Source: Dehalococcoidia bacterium
GTDB taxonomy: Bacteria; Chloroflexota; Dehalococcoidia; Lucifugimonadales; CATOSD01
Reading direction: 5' to 3'
Length of the DNA stretch: 64,000 nt
Assembly (NCBI GenBank): GCA_965204815.1
Contig: OZ242014.1
Coordinates: forward strand, 3,112,532 to 3,176,531
In this document: positions 25,120 through 34,355 of the stretch, piece after piece
Numbering within the stretch: position 1 is the stretch's first letter
How the letters are laid out: each line of letters starts with the position of its first letter
Position numbers and translations under genes: made by a program
The notes under the pieces: model-generated
The model's input: only the letters and a program-made list of their open reading frames with translations
Databases searched by the model: none
What the model was told of the DNA's origin: nothing

Positions 25120-26868
25120 TCAGTTGGGACAGTAGCCGAGGCGTTGCCCCGCTCCTGCGCGCGGGAGCGCGGCGGGATGCACGGAGAGGACCCACTCGAT
25201 GTCCTGGGACTCGCCGGTGAACTCGAAGCGCGTGGCCGCCTCGACGGACGTGACCAGCTTCCCGTTCTGGTAGTAGCCGAGCGGCCAGAGCGTGCAGCCG
25301 TCGCGCGTCCACATCAGGGCGAGAACGCCGTCGCCGGTCGCGCCGCGGTTGTAGACGAAGTAGGCGACGCTGCGCTTCCAGCCGGGCGATGCGGTGGTGA
25401 TTCTGCCCGGGGAGCCGCGCCAGTCCCTGTCCACCACGCGGAAAATGGGTCTTCCCCAATCGCTGGCGTCTATGGGCGCTTGGGGCCAGCGGAATTGCAC
25501 GCGGAGCCTGACGCGCGTGGCGGCCTCGCCGACGATGTTCGCGTCGAACCACTCCCGGAAGGCCGGATAGAACTCCTCCACGGGCAACCCGAAGGCGTCC
25601 TCGAAGGCGCGCTTCCAATCCCGCCGGTCGTGCAGCAGCCGCCAGTAATGGACGTACGAGCCGTCGCGGTCCTTGGCCACCTCGTCAATCAGGAACGTCG
25701 ACGCGTAGAAACTGAGGGAGTACGACAGGCTCACCGTGTCGTCGTGGAAACCGCGTCTGTCCTCCATCCTCTCCAACTCCGCGGCAACGTCCCGTATGGA
25801 TTCGGGCTCGCGCACGCGCTGGTTCTCCAGGTACTCCCTGTTCCAATCAGCGCCCCAATAGGGCACGGGCCGGTCGGCGACCGAAGAGTACGCGTCGTCG
25901 GCGTATTCGGCTGTGCCCTCCACCAACCAGTAAGCGCCGTTGGATGACCCGCTACTGTAGTCCTTCTCTCCGTTGGGCAGCGTTGCGAATCCCTGGGCCT
26001 GCTGGCCCTGCAGGACGTGGAAATACTCGTGGGCGATGTGGTAGTACGGGAGATCGTCCTCGCCCGGCCGGTACATGAGGACAATCAGGGCTCCCCCTCG
26101 CTTCGTGGTCGTGGCCCATCCGCTGAACCCCCGCGTCACGATGTAGTTTCTCGTTATCTCCCTGCCGGTCAATCCACTGTATGCGTTCGCCACGGATTCG
26201 GGGCCGTCGCCCACGAGCACGGTGAACCCGGTCGCCTCGACGCCGTACAGACCACCAAAGAAGCCGCGGACGCCCTCCAAGTCCTTCTGTAAAAGCGCCT
26301 TGTGCTCGTCGGGGATGTCGCCGGCGAACACCCACCTCGGCGGGGGCGACGATGCCACGGGTATGGGCGTTGGGGTCGGCGTGTTCGTGGGAGTCGCGGT
26401 TGGGATGGGCGTGTTCGTGGGCGTCGGCGCCTGGGTCGGCGTGGGCGTGGGGGTGAACGTCGCCGTGGCCGTGGGGGTTGGGGTGAAGGTCGGGGTGGGC
26501 GTGAAGGTCGCGGTGGCGGTTGGCGTGAGCGTCGGCGTCGGCGAAGGAGTCGGCGTCTCGGTAGGCGCGGACGTTGGCGTTGGAGTCAGTGTCGCGGTGG
26601 CGGTTGGCGTCCGGGTCGGTGTAGCCGTGGGCGTCGGCACGGGCGTGCGTGTGACCGTGGGTTCTGGTGTGTTGGTCGGTGTCGGCGTGAGGGTTGGCGT
26701 CGGCCTCGGCGTCTCGGTGGCCGTGGATACGGGCGCCGGGGAGAGCGTGGGGACGACCTGGGCCACCGCGGGCGGCTCGCTGGGCCGGTCGCCTGAACAC
26801 GCGGCCAGGAGCGCCGCGGCGAGTACGAACAAGCAGATGGATGCGAGCGTTGTACTCATGGAGGCTTC
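25120..26868 (-). CDS. lipoprotein with Thr/Pro-rich linker and MA-clan (Peptidase_MA_2-like) zinc-metallopeptidase domain, paralog 1
   Basis: [21 protein letters not shown] lipobox, about 130 aa of TPTPT-type linker, HEYFHVLQG then [14 protein letters not shown] at 26868 with a GAGAGGAGAAG RBS. Confidence 0.7.
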   Translation of the reverse strand, partial: EASMSTTLASICLFVLAAALLAACSGDRPSEPPAVAQVVPTLSPAPVSTATETPRPTPTLTPTPTNTPEPTVTRTPVPTPTATPTRTPTATATLTPTPTSAPTETPTPSPTPTLTPTATATFTPTPTFTPTPTATATFTPTPTPTQAPTPTNTPIPTATPTNTPTPTPIPVASSPPPRWVFAGDIPDEHKALLQKDLEGVRGFFGGLYGVEATGFTVLVGDGPESVANAYSGLTGREITRNYIVTRGFSGWATTTKRGGALIVLMYRPGEDDLPYYHIAHEYFHVLQGQQAQGFATLPNGEKDYSSGSSNGAYWLVEGTAEYADDAYSSVADRPVPYWGADWNREYLENQRVREPESIRDVAAELERMEDRRGFHDDTVSLSYSLSFYASTFLIDEVAKDRDGSYVHYWRLLHDRRDWKRAFEDAFGLPVEEFYPAFREWFDANIVGEAATRVRLRVQFRWPQAPIDASDWGRPIFRVVDRDWRGSPGRITTASPGWKRSVAYFVYNRGATGDGVLALMWTRDGCTLWPLGYYQNGKLVTSVEAATRFEFTGESQDIEWVLSVHPAALPRAGAGQRLGYCPN

Positions 26869-26968
26869 TCCTCTCGGTGAGACAGCGAATGGGCCTCTCC
26901 AAAGTATTCTCTTTGGCCAGTAATGTTCATATGTGGTGGCAAGCACCGATGGCGCTGTCAAACGGCGG

Positions 26969-28711
26969 TCAGGAGCCGGGGCAGTTGCAACCTCGGCACT
27001 GGCCGTCCACGCGCGGGAGCGCGCCGGGATGCGTGGGAAGGCGCCACTCCGCGTCCTCCGACTCACCGGTGAATTTGACGCGTGTGGCCTCGTTGCGGTC
27101 AGTGGTTAGGCCCCCATCCTTGAAGTAGCCGAGCAGATGCTCCGTGCACCAGTCCGTTTCCTGCCACCACAGGGACAGGACACTCGCCCCGGTGTCGCCC
27201 CTGCTGTAGATGACGTAGAAAACGCCGTCAGGGTCGGATGATGTGGTTAGCGACGTAGTGACCCAAGCCGAATTCTCCAGCTTGACCAGCGGCACTCCCT
27301 GTCCCGTTATCGTCGGGCCATCCCAGCGCAGTTGGAGCTTGTATCGCACGCTGGCGAGATCGGGAATCCGCGTGTCGATCCACTCGCCGAAGGCCGCGTA
27401 GAACTCCTCCGTGGTCAGGCCGAAGGCGTCCTCGAAGGCGTGCCGCCAGTCCGGTCGGTCGTGCAGGAATCGCCAGAAGTCCACATACCCGCCCTCGTTC
27501 TTAGACGCCTCCTCGACCAGAAAGAGGGCCCCGAGGAAGCTCAGGGGATACGAGTGCTCCACACCCCGGAACACGGAATCGTCTTCGATTGCCCTCAACT
27601 CCTCCGCCAAGTCGCCCAGGGAGTCGGGTTCCGTCAGGCGCTGCTGCGCCAAATCCCAATACGGAGTGTATCTGTCCTCCAGGAACGCGCGGCGGCCGGG
27701 CCTCGTCTGCGAATAGGCGTAATCGGCGTAGGAGGCCAAGCCCTCCACCATCCATTCGGGACCCTTGTCGATGCCGCCATAGGCCATCTCGCCGCTGGGA
27801 AGCTCCGCGATCCCGGAAGCGTGCTGGCCCTGCAGGATGTGGAAATACTCGTGGATGATGGTGGTTTCGGGTATGGTAACCGGATTCGCCTCATATGGAT
27901 TGTACACGAGGACGAGCACCGCCCCGCCCGCCTTCGAGGTCGCAATCCATCCTCGTACCCAACCCCGCGAGGCTTGCCGGGCCAGTAGGTCTTCACCCGT
28001 CAGGTCTTGGTACGCGGGCGCCATCGCCTCGAACGTGCCTACCATCGCCGTGAACCCGGTCGCCTCCGCGCCGTATCCCGCGCTGAAATAGCCACGCACG
28101 CGCTCCATCTCTTCCTGTAGCACAACTCTGTGCTCGTCGGGTATGTCTCCGGCGAACACCCACCTCGGCGGGGGCGACGACGCCACGGGTATGGGCGTTG
28201 GGGTCGGCGTGTTCGTGGGAGTCGCGGTTGGGATGGGCGTGTTCGTGGGAGTCGGCGCTTGAGTTGGTACGGGCGTGGGAGTCGGCACTTGGGTTGGTAC
28301 GGGCGTGGGGGTGAACGTCGCCGTGGCCGCGGGGGTTGGGGTGAAGGTCGGGGTGGGCGCGAAGGTCGCGATGGCAGTGGGCGTGAACGTCGGCGTCGGC
28401 GAAGGAGTCGGCGTCTCGGCGGGCGTTGTTGTTGGGGTCAGTATCGCGGTGGCGGTTGGCGTCCGGGTCGGTGCAGCCGTGGCCACCGGCATGGGCGTGC
28501 GTGTGGCCGTGGGTTCCGGTGTGTTGGTCGGTGTCGGCGTGAGGGTTGGCGTCGGCCTCGGCGTCCCGGTGGCCGTGGGTACGGGCGCCGGGGAGAGCGT
28601 GGGGACGACCTGGGCCACAACGGGCGGCTCGTCGGCCTGGTCGCCTGAACACGCGGCCAGGAGCGCGGCGGCGAGCACGAACAAGCAGACGGACGCGAGC
28701 GTTGTCCTCAT
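26969..28711 (-). CDS. lipoprotein with Thr/Pro-rich linker and MA-clan zinc-metallopeptidase domain, paralog 2
   Basis: [21 protein letters not shown] lipobox, PT linker, HEYFHILQG then [11 protein letters not shown]. Confidence 0.7.
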   Translation of the reverse strand: MRTTLASVCLFVLAAALLAACSGDQADEPPVVAQVVPTLSPAPVPTATGTPRPTPTLTPTPTNTPEPTATRTPMPVATAAPTRTPTATAILTPTTTPAETPTPSPTPTFTPTAIATFAPTPTFTPTPAATATFTPTPVPTQVPTPTPVPTQAPTPTNTPIPTATPTNTPTPTPIPVASSPPPRWVFAGDIPDEHRVVLQEEMERVRGYFSAGYGAEATGFTAMVGTFEAMAPAYQDLTGEDLLARQASRGWVRGWIATSKAGGAVLVLVYNPYEANPVTIPETTIIHEYFHILQGQHASGIAELPSGEMAYGGIDKGPEWMVEGLASYADYAYSQTRPGRRAFLEDRYTPYWDLAQQRLTEPDSLGDLAEELRAIEDDSVFRGVEHSYPLSFLGALFLVEEASKNEGGYVDFWRFLHDRPDWRHAFEDAFGLTTEEFYAAFGEWIDTRIPDLASVRYKLQLRWDGPTITGQGVPLVKLENSAWVTTSLTTSSDPDGVFYVIYSRGDTGASVLSLWWQETDWCTEHLLGYFKDGGLTTDRNEATRVKFTGESEDAEWRLPTHPGALPRVDGQCRGCNCPGS

Positions 28712-28727
28712 TGAAGTCTCTCCTCTC

Positions 28728-28752
28728 GGTGAGGCCGCGGAAGGGCCTCACC
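28728..28752 (-). other. intercistronic hairpin between the vWA gene and lipoprotein paralog 2
   Basis: GGTGAGGCC-gcggaag-GGCCTCACC, a perfect 9-bp stem ending 16 nt upstream of the ATG at 28711. Confidence 0.35.
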
Positions 28753-28813
28753 AATATACTCTCTCCGGCCGGTAGCGCGTACAGGCCCCGGGCGCTCGGA
28801 ACGTCGCAGCCGC

Positions 28814-30946
28814 TCAGTTGCTGTAGCCGGATGGTTTGGACGGGCGGGCCTGCACGCTTTCGGTGATGCGGTCGAGCAGGTAGTCGAAGTCGTGGTATGC
28901 GTCGAGGTGTCCGAGATCGGACCGCAGGACGTCCAGATGCTCGCTCAGCCTGTCGAGGTCGTCGCGTATGGCGTAGTGGCCCTCGGCGGGGGCTTGCGGC
29001 AGCGCGCCGTAGCGGTCGGCGGCGAGGCCGACTATGGCGGCCAGGCGCAGCATCGGATCGACGCCGTGTCCGAAGGAGACGTCTCCCCTGCCCGTCACGT
29101 CCGCGCGCTGGCTGCGGGACTGCTGCGTGTCGGGCACGATCCAGCGAAGCTCGACTCGGCCCAGATCCACCTTCTCGCCGCGGGGCAGCCGCGCGTCGCT
29201 GCGCAGCTCCAGCTCGTAGAGCACCGTGGTCGCCGCGCCGGAGTAGATTTCGGCGAACTCCTTGCGGTCCTCTGCGAACGTCTCGTCGGGCGTGACGCGG
29301 TTCTCGTAGCCGACGATGCGCCACGAGTAGACGAGCGCGGGGTCCCAGGTCACCTGGGCGCGCGTCTGGTCTGCGAAGGGCGTGGACAGCGCCAGCCAGT
29401 TGTCGCGGCTGAAGGTGGCGCGCGCCTGGTCAACGGTGTTCAGGTAGCGGTACCAGCCGTTGCCGTGCTGCGCGAGTTGCTCCAGCAGGTAGTCGTTGTA
29501 GTTCTCGATGCCGACGCCCACGGTTATGAGCCGCAGCGGGTTGGCGGCGTTGCTATCGTATGCCGACTCGAGTATGCCGAACGGGTCGGTGGCGTCCACG
29601 TTGGCGACGCCGTCGGACATGAGGATGACGTAGTTGTACGCGTCCGGGCGCTCGCGGCGCGCCTCGTCCGCCAAGCGCACGCCCTCGTTCAGGCCCACCT
29701 GCACGTTGGTGCTCTCGCGGGGCATGAGGTTCGCTATCGACGCCGAGACGCCGCCGAAGTCCGGGCTGACGTGCGGCACCGTGAGATGGCCTACCACGTC
29801 CGTAGTGAAGTGGACGACCGCTATGCGATCCTGCGGGCGCAGGCTGCGGTGTATGGCCTCGGCGGCGGCGCGCGCGATGGCGACGCGGTTGCCGTTGGCC
29901 ATCGATCCGGAGGCGTCCAGCACGAGCGTCACGTTGAGCGGCCTGTCATCGGGCAGGTGCGGCGCCTGGAATCCGATGCGCGCGAGCAGCTTGCCGGGAT
30001 CCAGCGGATGCTCCACCAGGTCGGTGTCGACACCGAATCCCCACTCGTCCGGCGGGGGAGCGTAGCCGTAGTCGAAGGCGTTCAGCCACTCCTCGGCACG
30101 GACCGAGTCCGGCTCGACGCCGTAGCCGGCCCGCGCCCACTCCAGGGCGAGGAAGTAGGAGGTGCGATCCACGTCCAGGCTGAATGTGGACACGGCGTCC
30201 TCGGCGGCGAGCACGGCGGGTTGGCGCGCGAAGTCGGCGAACGTGGTTGCGTCGGGACGCGCGACCGAGGCCGGCGGCGGCTCGGAGGCGGCCCGGGCCT
30301 CAGCCGCGGGGGCCGGCGTCGCGTACGGCTGCGCGGGGGCGGCTGTCGGAATAGCATACGTCTGGGGCGTAGGCGCAGGGGCAGGAGCCGCCGTAGGCTG
30401 CGCCGCTGGCGCGACAGGAGCGGCCGCAGCTTGGGGCGCGGGCGGAGCGGTGGGCTGCGCGGCCAGCGCCTTCGCAATCTCGGACGCAACCTCCTCGCTC
30501 GTGATCCCGGGTTGGGCGGCCATGATGGGCGCAGGGGCGGCAGCGGGCGCAGGCGGTCCTTGCGGCCCTTGCGGCCCCTGCGGACCGGGGTTGCCCGGGT
30601 TGCCCGGTAGACCGACAGAGGTGGGCGCGGGCGGCGACCTGCGGGCCGTCGTGGACTCCGGGCCCTCGCTTATCAATATGGACGCGGGACTCTGATCGAT
30701 TGGCAACATTTGTGGCAACGCTTGCATCACCACAAACACAAGCACCACCGCGACGGCCGCCGTTCCCACCGCCCCGGTCAGAATTTTCCACATGTGGGCT
30801 CCATACCCACGGCGCTGCCTCGTTTCCAGGCGGCGCTCCAGGCGCGCCCAGGTGTCCGCGGGCGCCTCGAGCTCGCGGGAGCGGCGAGAGAAGTAGCCTC
30901 TGAGCGTGTGTTCCATTTCACGGTCGAACGACTCGTTGCTGCTCAT
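28814..30946 (-). CDS. membrane-anchored anti-sigma-like protein fused to a vWA (YfbK-type, vWA plus DUF3520-like) domain
   Basis: 710 aa. A short cytoplasmic N-terminus, one TM (ILTGAVGTAAVAVVLVFVVM), a Pro/Ala-rich linker, FSLDVDRTSY..., and the MIDAS-type VTLVLDASGSM. ATGA overlap with the sigma factor stop. Confidence 0.8.
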   Translation of the reverse strand: MSSNESFDREMEHTLRGYFSRRSRELEAPADTWARLERRLETRQRRGYGAHMWKILTGAVGTAAVAVVLVFVVMQALPQMLPIDQSPASILISEGPESTTARRSPPAPTSVGLPGNPGNPGPQGPQGPQGPPAPAAAPAPIMAAQPGITSEEVASEIAKALAAQPTAPPAPQAAAAPVAPAAQPTAAPAPAPTPQTYAIPTAAPAQPYATPAPAAEARAASEPPPASVARPDATTFADFARQPAVLAAEDAVSTFSLDVDRTSYFLALEWARAGYGVEPDSVRAEEWLNAFDYGYAPPPDEWGFGVDTDLVEHPLDPGKLLARIGFQAPHLPDDRPLNVTLVLDASGSMANGNRVAIARAAAEAIHRSLRPQDRIAVVHFTTDVVGHLTVPHVSPDFGGVSASIANLMPRESTNVQVGLNEGVRLADEARRERPDAYNYVILMSDGVANVDATDPFGILESAYDSNAANPLRLITVGVGIENYNDYLLEQLAQHGNGWYRYLNTVDQARATFSRDNWLALSTPFADQTRAQVTWDPALVYSWRIVGYENRVTPDETFAEDRKEFAEIYSGAATTVLYELELRSDARLPRGEKVDLGRVELRWIVPDTQQSRSQRADVTGRGDVSFGHGVDPMLRLAAIVGLAADRYGALPQAPAEGHYAIRDDLDRLSEHLDVLRSDLGHLDAYHDFDYLLDRITESVQARPSKPSGYSN

Positions 30947-31491
30947 CGCCGCGCCTCCGTGTCGCAGGTCTCCATAAGTTCTTCTCGTAGCCGGCCGAGC
31001 GCGCGGCTCAGCCTGGACTTCACGGTGCCCTCCCGCACTCCGAGCGCTTCCGCGACCTCGCTTACGGACAGCTCCGCGAAGTAGCGGAGTACCACCACCT
31101 GGTGGTGCCGCGGGCTGAGGCGGCCGAGCGCGGCCTGGACCTCGTCGCGCCGCTCGGCGGACATGGCCGACTCCAGGACGTCGGCGGGACCGCTGACGCG
31201 CTCGGCGTCCTCCAGGGGCGCGGTGGGCACCCGGTTTCTCCTCCGGCTGGACACGATGCGGTTTACCAGGATGCGCACGACCCAGGGCTTGAACGGGCGG
31301 TCCCGTTGGAAGCGGCGGATGCCGCGCCACGCGGAAAGGAACGCCTCCTGGACGTGCTCCTCGGCGACTGACCTGTCGCCGGTCATGAGCACCGCCGTTC
31401 CGAAGAGCGTGTTCTGGTGTTGCTCCACAAGGTGCCGGAAGGCGTCCGGGGAACCTTCCTGGCAGAGCCGTATGGCCTCGGCTTCGGTCAT
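30943..31491 (-). CDS. ECF-type RNA polymerase sigma factor
   Basis: 182 aa. Region 2 (FRHLVEQHQNTLFGTAVLMTGDRSVAEEHVQEAFLSAW) and region 4 (VVVLRYFAELSVSEVAEALGVREGTVKSRLSRA). Confidence 0.9.
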   Translation of the reverse strand: MTEAEAIRLCQEGSPDAFRHLVEQHQNTLFGTAVLMTGDRSVAEEHVQEAFLSAWRGIRRFQRDRPFKPWVVRILVNRIVSSRRRNRVPTAPLEDAERVSGPADVLESAMSAERRDEVQAALGRLSPRHHQVVVLRYFAELSVSEVAEALGVREGTVKSRLSRALGRLREELMETCDTEARR

Positions 31492-31533
31492 AGCCTGCCT
31501 CCAGCCGGATGTTTGAGAGTCCTCTCACCAGAT

Positions 31534-31561
31534 AATACGCGGGATGTGGGAGAAAGGTTCC
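31534..31561 (-). promoter_or_regulatory. candidate ECF-type autoregulated promoter
   Basis: Minus strand GGAACC (31561-31556), then CGTATT (31539-31534), with 17 nt between GGAAC and CGT. About 45 nt upstream of the sigma ATG. Confidence 0.45.
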
Positions 31562-31589
31562 ATAGGGCAGGTACCAGGGTCTCTTCAAA

Positions 31590-31630
31590 GTCCCTTCCCC
31601 CTTGATGGGGGAAGGTTAGGATGGGGGTGA
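31590..31630 (+). repeat. family-1 repeat, short form, forward orientation
   Basis: gtCCCTTCCCCCttgatGGGGGAAGGttaggatgggggtga. Confidence 0.85.
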
Positions 31631-31640
31631 CGGTGGTCGC

Positions 31641-32666
31641 CTACTGGATGGGGAGAGGGGGCTGGAGCCACTTGGGGGTGTCGTTCACCCGCACGTCAAC
31701 AACCCATTTGACCCATTCGAAACCGCGCTTGTCGGGCGCGACGAGCCGCAATGGGAAGCCGTGGCCGTGGGAGAGCGTTTCATCGCCGACGTGGGACGCG
31801 AGCATGTAGCCGGCGGCCTCGTCCATCGAGAAGCGCCGGTAGTAGCCGGTGACGGAGGTGAAGGTGACGCTGGACGCCGCGCCCGTCGGGCCGGCGCGCG
31901 CCAGCAGGTCGGAGACGGCTACACCGCGCCATACCTGGGTGGAGTACCAGCCGCCGGTGCAGTCGATGGTCGCGGTGGTCTCGTCGTCGGCGGTCAGTTC
32001 GTCGTAGGCGAGGGAGATCTCGCGATCCACGGCGCCGCCGACGGTGAGCCGCCACGCGGCGGGGTCAACGCGCGAGGGGCGGTCGTTGAGCCACGACGTG
32101 AGCGGGAAGGAGTTGCCGGAGAAGCTGGTCGCCTCGTGGGAGCCGGTGAACCTGCGACGCGCCCCGCTGAGGCTGGCGGCCTTGGCGCTGAGCTCGCCCA
32201 CCTGCCACGCGGCGGTCGCGGCGACGGCGAGGGCGGCGAGCCTGAGGAAGGTGCGGCGGTCGGCCCAGAAGCCGACGGGGAAGCCGCGCGTGTGGTAGAG
32301 GGAGTGCCAGACCAGCAGAGGGATTAGCGCCGCGCCGACGTAGATGTGCCAGCTTACGCCGCTGAACCATGCCCAGCCGAACGGCCCGACGAACGACCAC
32401 GCGAAGCCGAGCGCGAGCGTGACGGCGAGCAGCGCCATGAGCACGACGGAAGCCGTGCGGGGCGCGGCGGACCTCTTCCAGCGCAGCGAGAACAGGACGT
32501 TCGCGCCCTTCCACACCAGAATGACGACGATGCCGTAGCCGCTGATGCGGTGCGCGACGATGAAGTACCACTCGCGCGGCGAACTGGACACCAAGCCGAA
32601 GAAGCCGCTGACCAGTTCGGCGGCGATGAGCACCAGCAGCAGGGTGTTGGCCCACGGGAATTTCAT
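31641..32666 (-). CDS. membrane-anchored molybdopterin-dependent oxidoreductase (sulfite oxidase/MsrP-like catalytic domain)
   Basis: An N-terminal region of about 170 aa with about 5 TM helices carrying conserved-looking His. C-terminal Oxidored_molyb pattern (IDCTGGWYSTQVWRGV ... HGFPLRLVAPDKRGFEWVKWV). ATG at 32666; the upstream part of the track ORF is repeat-like sequence. Confidence 0.75.
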   Translation of the reverse strand: MKFPWANTLLLVLIAAELVSGFFGLVSSSPREWYFIVAHRISGYGIVVILVWKGANVLFSLRWKRSAAPRTASVVLMALLAVTLALGFAWSFVGPFGWAWFSGVSWHIYVGAALIPLLVWHSLYHTRGFPVGFWADRRTFLRLAALAVAATAAWQVGELSAKAASLSGARRRFTGSHEATSFSGNSFPLTSWLNDRPSRVDPAAWRLTVGGAVDREISLAYDELTADDETTATIDCTGGWYSTQVWRGVAVSDLLARAGPTGAASSVTFTSVTGYYRRFSMDEAAGYMLASHVGDETLSHGHGFPLRLVAPDKRGFEWVKWVVDVRVNDTPKWLQPPLPIQ

Positions 32667-32701
32667 GGCGCGGCCATCCCACCACCCCTCCACCCCCAAG
32701 T

Positions 32702-32726
32702 GGATTCCCGCTTTCGCGGGAATGAC
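32702..32726 (+). repeat. family-3 palindromic unit (GGATTCCCGC-tttc-GCGGGAATGAC)
   Basis: 8-bp stem ATTCCCGC/GCGGGAAT. The same core recurs at 59148-59220. Confidence 0.7.
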
Positions 32727-32756
32727 AGACTTGCGGGAGGAAGGGACTTCTAGTAG

Positions 32757-32797
32757 CCCTCCTCTCCCATCAAGGGAGAGGACTGAGGTGAGGGTGA
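32757..32797 (+). repeat. family-2 repeat, forward orientation
   Basis: ccctCCTCTCCCatcaaGGGAGAGGactgaggtgagggtga. Confidence 0.85.
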
Positions 32798-32804
32798 AAA
32801 CGTC

Positions 32805-33860
32805 CTAGTCGTCGTAGGCGTAGCTGTAGGCGGCGCCGACCACGCGGCCGCCGTCCACTATCAGGTACTCACGCTCGAGGGACTCCCCGGCGAAGAGCCG
32901 CTCCAGGCAATCGCGGATGCCGTCGGAGTAGCGCTTCTGGGCCTCGAGGCTGGTGCCGGATACGTGGGGCGTCAGCGCGTGGTTGGGCATGGAGCGCCAG
33001 GGATGGTCGGAAGGCGCGGGCTGCGGGAACCACACGTCTCCGGCGTAGCCGGCCAGGTGCCCCTCCTCCATTACCTCAACCAGGTCGTTGGTTTCCACGA
33101 TAGCGCCGCGGGCGGTGTTGATGAGATATGACCCCTTCTTCATGCTTAGCAGGCGCTCTTTGTTGAACAGCCCGCGCGTCTGCGGCGTGAGCGAGATGTG
33201 GATGGTGACCACGTCGCAGGTTCGGAGCAACGGGTCGAGCCGCATATAGCGGGCGCCCAGGGCGGCCTCTTCCACCGTGCTCAGGTGCATGAGGTCGTAG
33301 TAGTACATCGTCACGTCGAACGGCTTCAGCCGCGCCGCCACGCGCTGTCCGATACGGCCCATGCCCACGATGCCGACTGTCTTGTCTTCGAGGTCGTGGG
33401 AGCGGGCGGCTATCTTGCCGATGTCCCAGCCGCCGGACACTACCTCGTCGTACGAGGGGAAGTAGTTGCGCACGAGCGTGAGAATCTGCATGACGGCGTG
33501 CTCGGCGACGCTGACGACGTTGCTGCCGGTTATCTCGGCGACGGTGATGTTGCGCTCTGCGGCGACCGCCAGGTCCACGTGGTCGGAGCCAACGCCGGCG
33601 GTGAGGACTGCCTGCAAGCCAGGGGCCTTGTCCATCTTCTCCTTCGTGACATAGGTGGGCCAGAAGGGAGTGGTAATGATGACGTTGGTGTCGGGCAGGT
33701 GCGAGTCCAGCTCATCGCCCGGGTCGGTGATAGCCACCAGTTCGTGGCCGGCGCCCTCGACCATCTCTCGCAGGCCCAGGGCGTTTTCGGCACAGCCAAG
33801 CAACTCCGGAGTGTTCTCCGCGGCGGGGCCACCAGGGTACAGTACGGCGACGATCTTCAT
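32805..33860 (-). CDS. fdh: NAD-dependent formate dehydrogenase (D-2-hydroxyacid dehydrogenase superfamily)
   Basis: TPFWPTYVTKEKM, TAGVGSDHVDL, ITVAEITGSNVVSVAEHAVMQILTLVRNY and GIVGMGRIG. These blocks match the FDH subfamily rather than generic 2-HADH. Confidence 0.8.
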   Translation of the reverse strand: MKIVAVLYPGGPAAENTPELLGCAENALGLREMVEGAGHELVAITDPGDELDSHLPDTNVIITTPFWPTYVTKEKMDKAPGLQAVLTAGVGSDHVDLAVAAERNITVAEITGSNVVSVAEHAVMQILTLVRNYFPSYDEVVSGGWDIGKIAARSHDLEDKTVGIVGMGRIGQRVAARLKPFDVTMYYYDLMHLSTVEEAALGARYMRLDPLLRTCDVVTIHISLTPQTRGLFNKERLLSMKKGSYLINTARGAIVETNDLVEVMEEGHLAGYAGDVWFPQPAPSDHPWRSMPNHALTPHVSGTSLEAQKRYSDGIRDCLERLFAGESLEREYLIVDGGRVVGAAYSYAYDD

Positions 33861-33902
33861 GGGGCTCTCCTTCCTTTGTCTTGCGATAACCGTTTCTCGT
33901 TG

Positions 33903-33944
33903 CCCTCCTCTCCGCTGGTGGGAGAGGATTGAGGTGAGGGGGAA
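33903..33944 (+). repeat. family-2 repeat, forward orientation
   Basis: ccctCCTCTCCgctggtGGGAGAGGattgaggtgagggggaa. Confidence 0.85.
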
Positions 33945-33950
33945 TGGATT

Positions 33951-34343
33951 TCAGAGCGTGTCGGAAACGAGGTAAGCCGTGGTGAGCGGCTCACCGTCCA
34001 GGAGTATCGGGTAGGCATTCAGCACGGTGTCGTGGAAGAAGGCCACCGGAAACTCCTGTGTAACGGCCTGGGTGAAAACGTTGCGGTGCTGCGGAAGAAT
34101 CTCGAACTCGACCGGCTTCATGTACTCGTAGCCCTCGTGGAAGAAAGAGAGCGTGTGGGCGCCCTCGGCGGCGTAGACCATCACGAACAGCGTCATGCGA
34201 TGGCGCTTCACGCCCGCCTGGTCCGGGTGGGCGGGAATCACGGCGACGTGGTTGCGGACGTTCAGCAGGTCGAATCCGCCGCTTCCCGGCCGGTACTCGT
34301 CGGCGAAAACCGCAAACAGGCAGCGCGGCTCGATAGCAGGCAT
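33951..34343 (-). CDS. hypothetical protein
   Basis: 130 aa ORF lying 13 nt downstream of the CocE/NonD gene on the same strand. No motif recognised. Confidence 0.4.
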   Translation of the reverse strand: MPAIEPRCLFAVFADEYRPGSGGFDLLNVRNHVAVIPAHPDQAGVKRHRMTLFVMVYAAEGAHTLSFFHEGYEYMKPVEFEILPQHRNVFTQAVTQEFPVAFFHDTVLNAYPILLDGEPLTTAYLVSDTL

Positions 34344-34355
34344 AGGCGCGCACGC

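Noticed and set aside
26380-26720. Highly repetitive GC-rich DNA at 26380-26720, and again at 28180-28560, considered as a possible CRISPR array or satellite.
   Set aside because: It is the coding sequence of the Thr/Pro-rich linkers of the two lipoproteins. The units are irregular 6-30 nt codon-level repeats with no repeat-spacer architecture.
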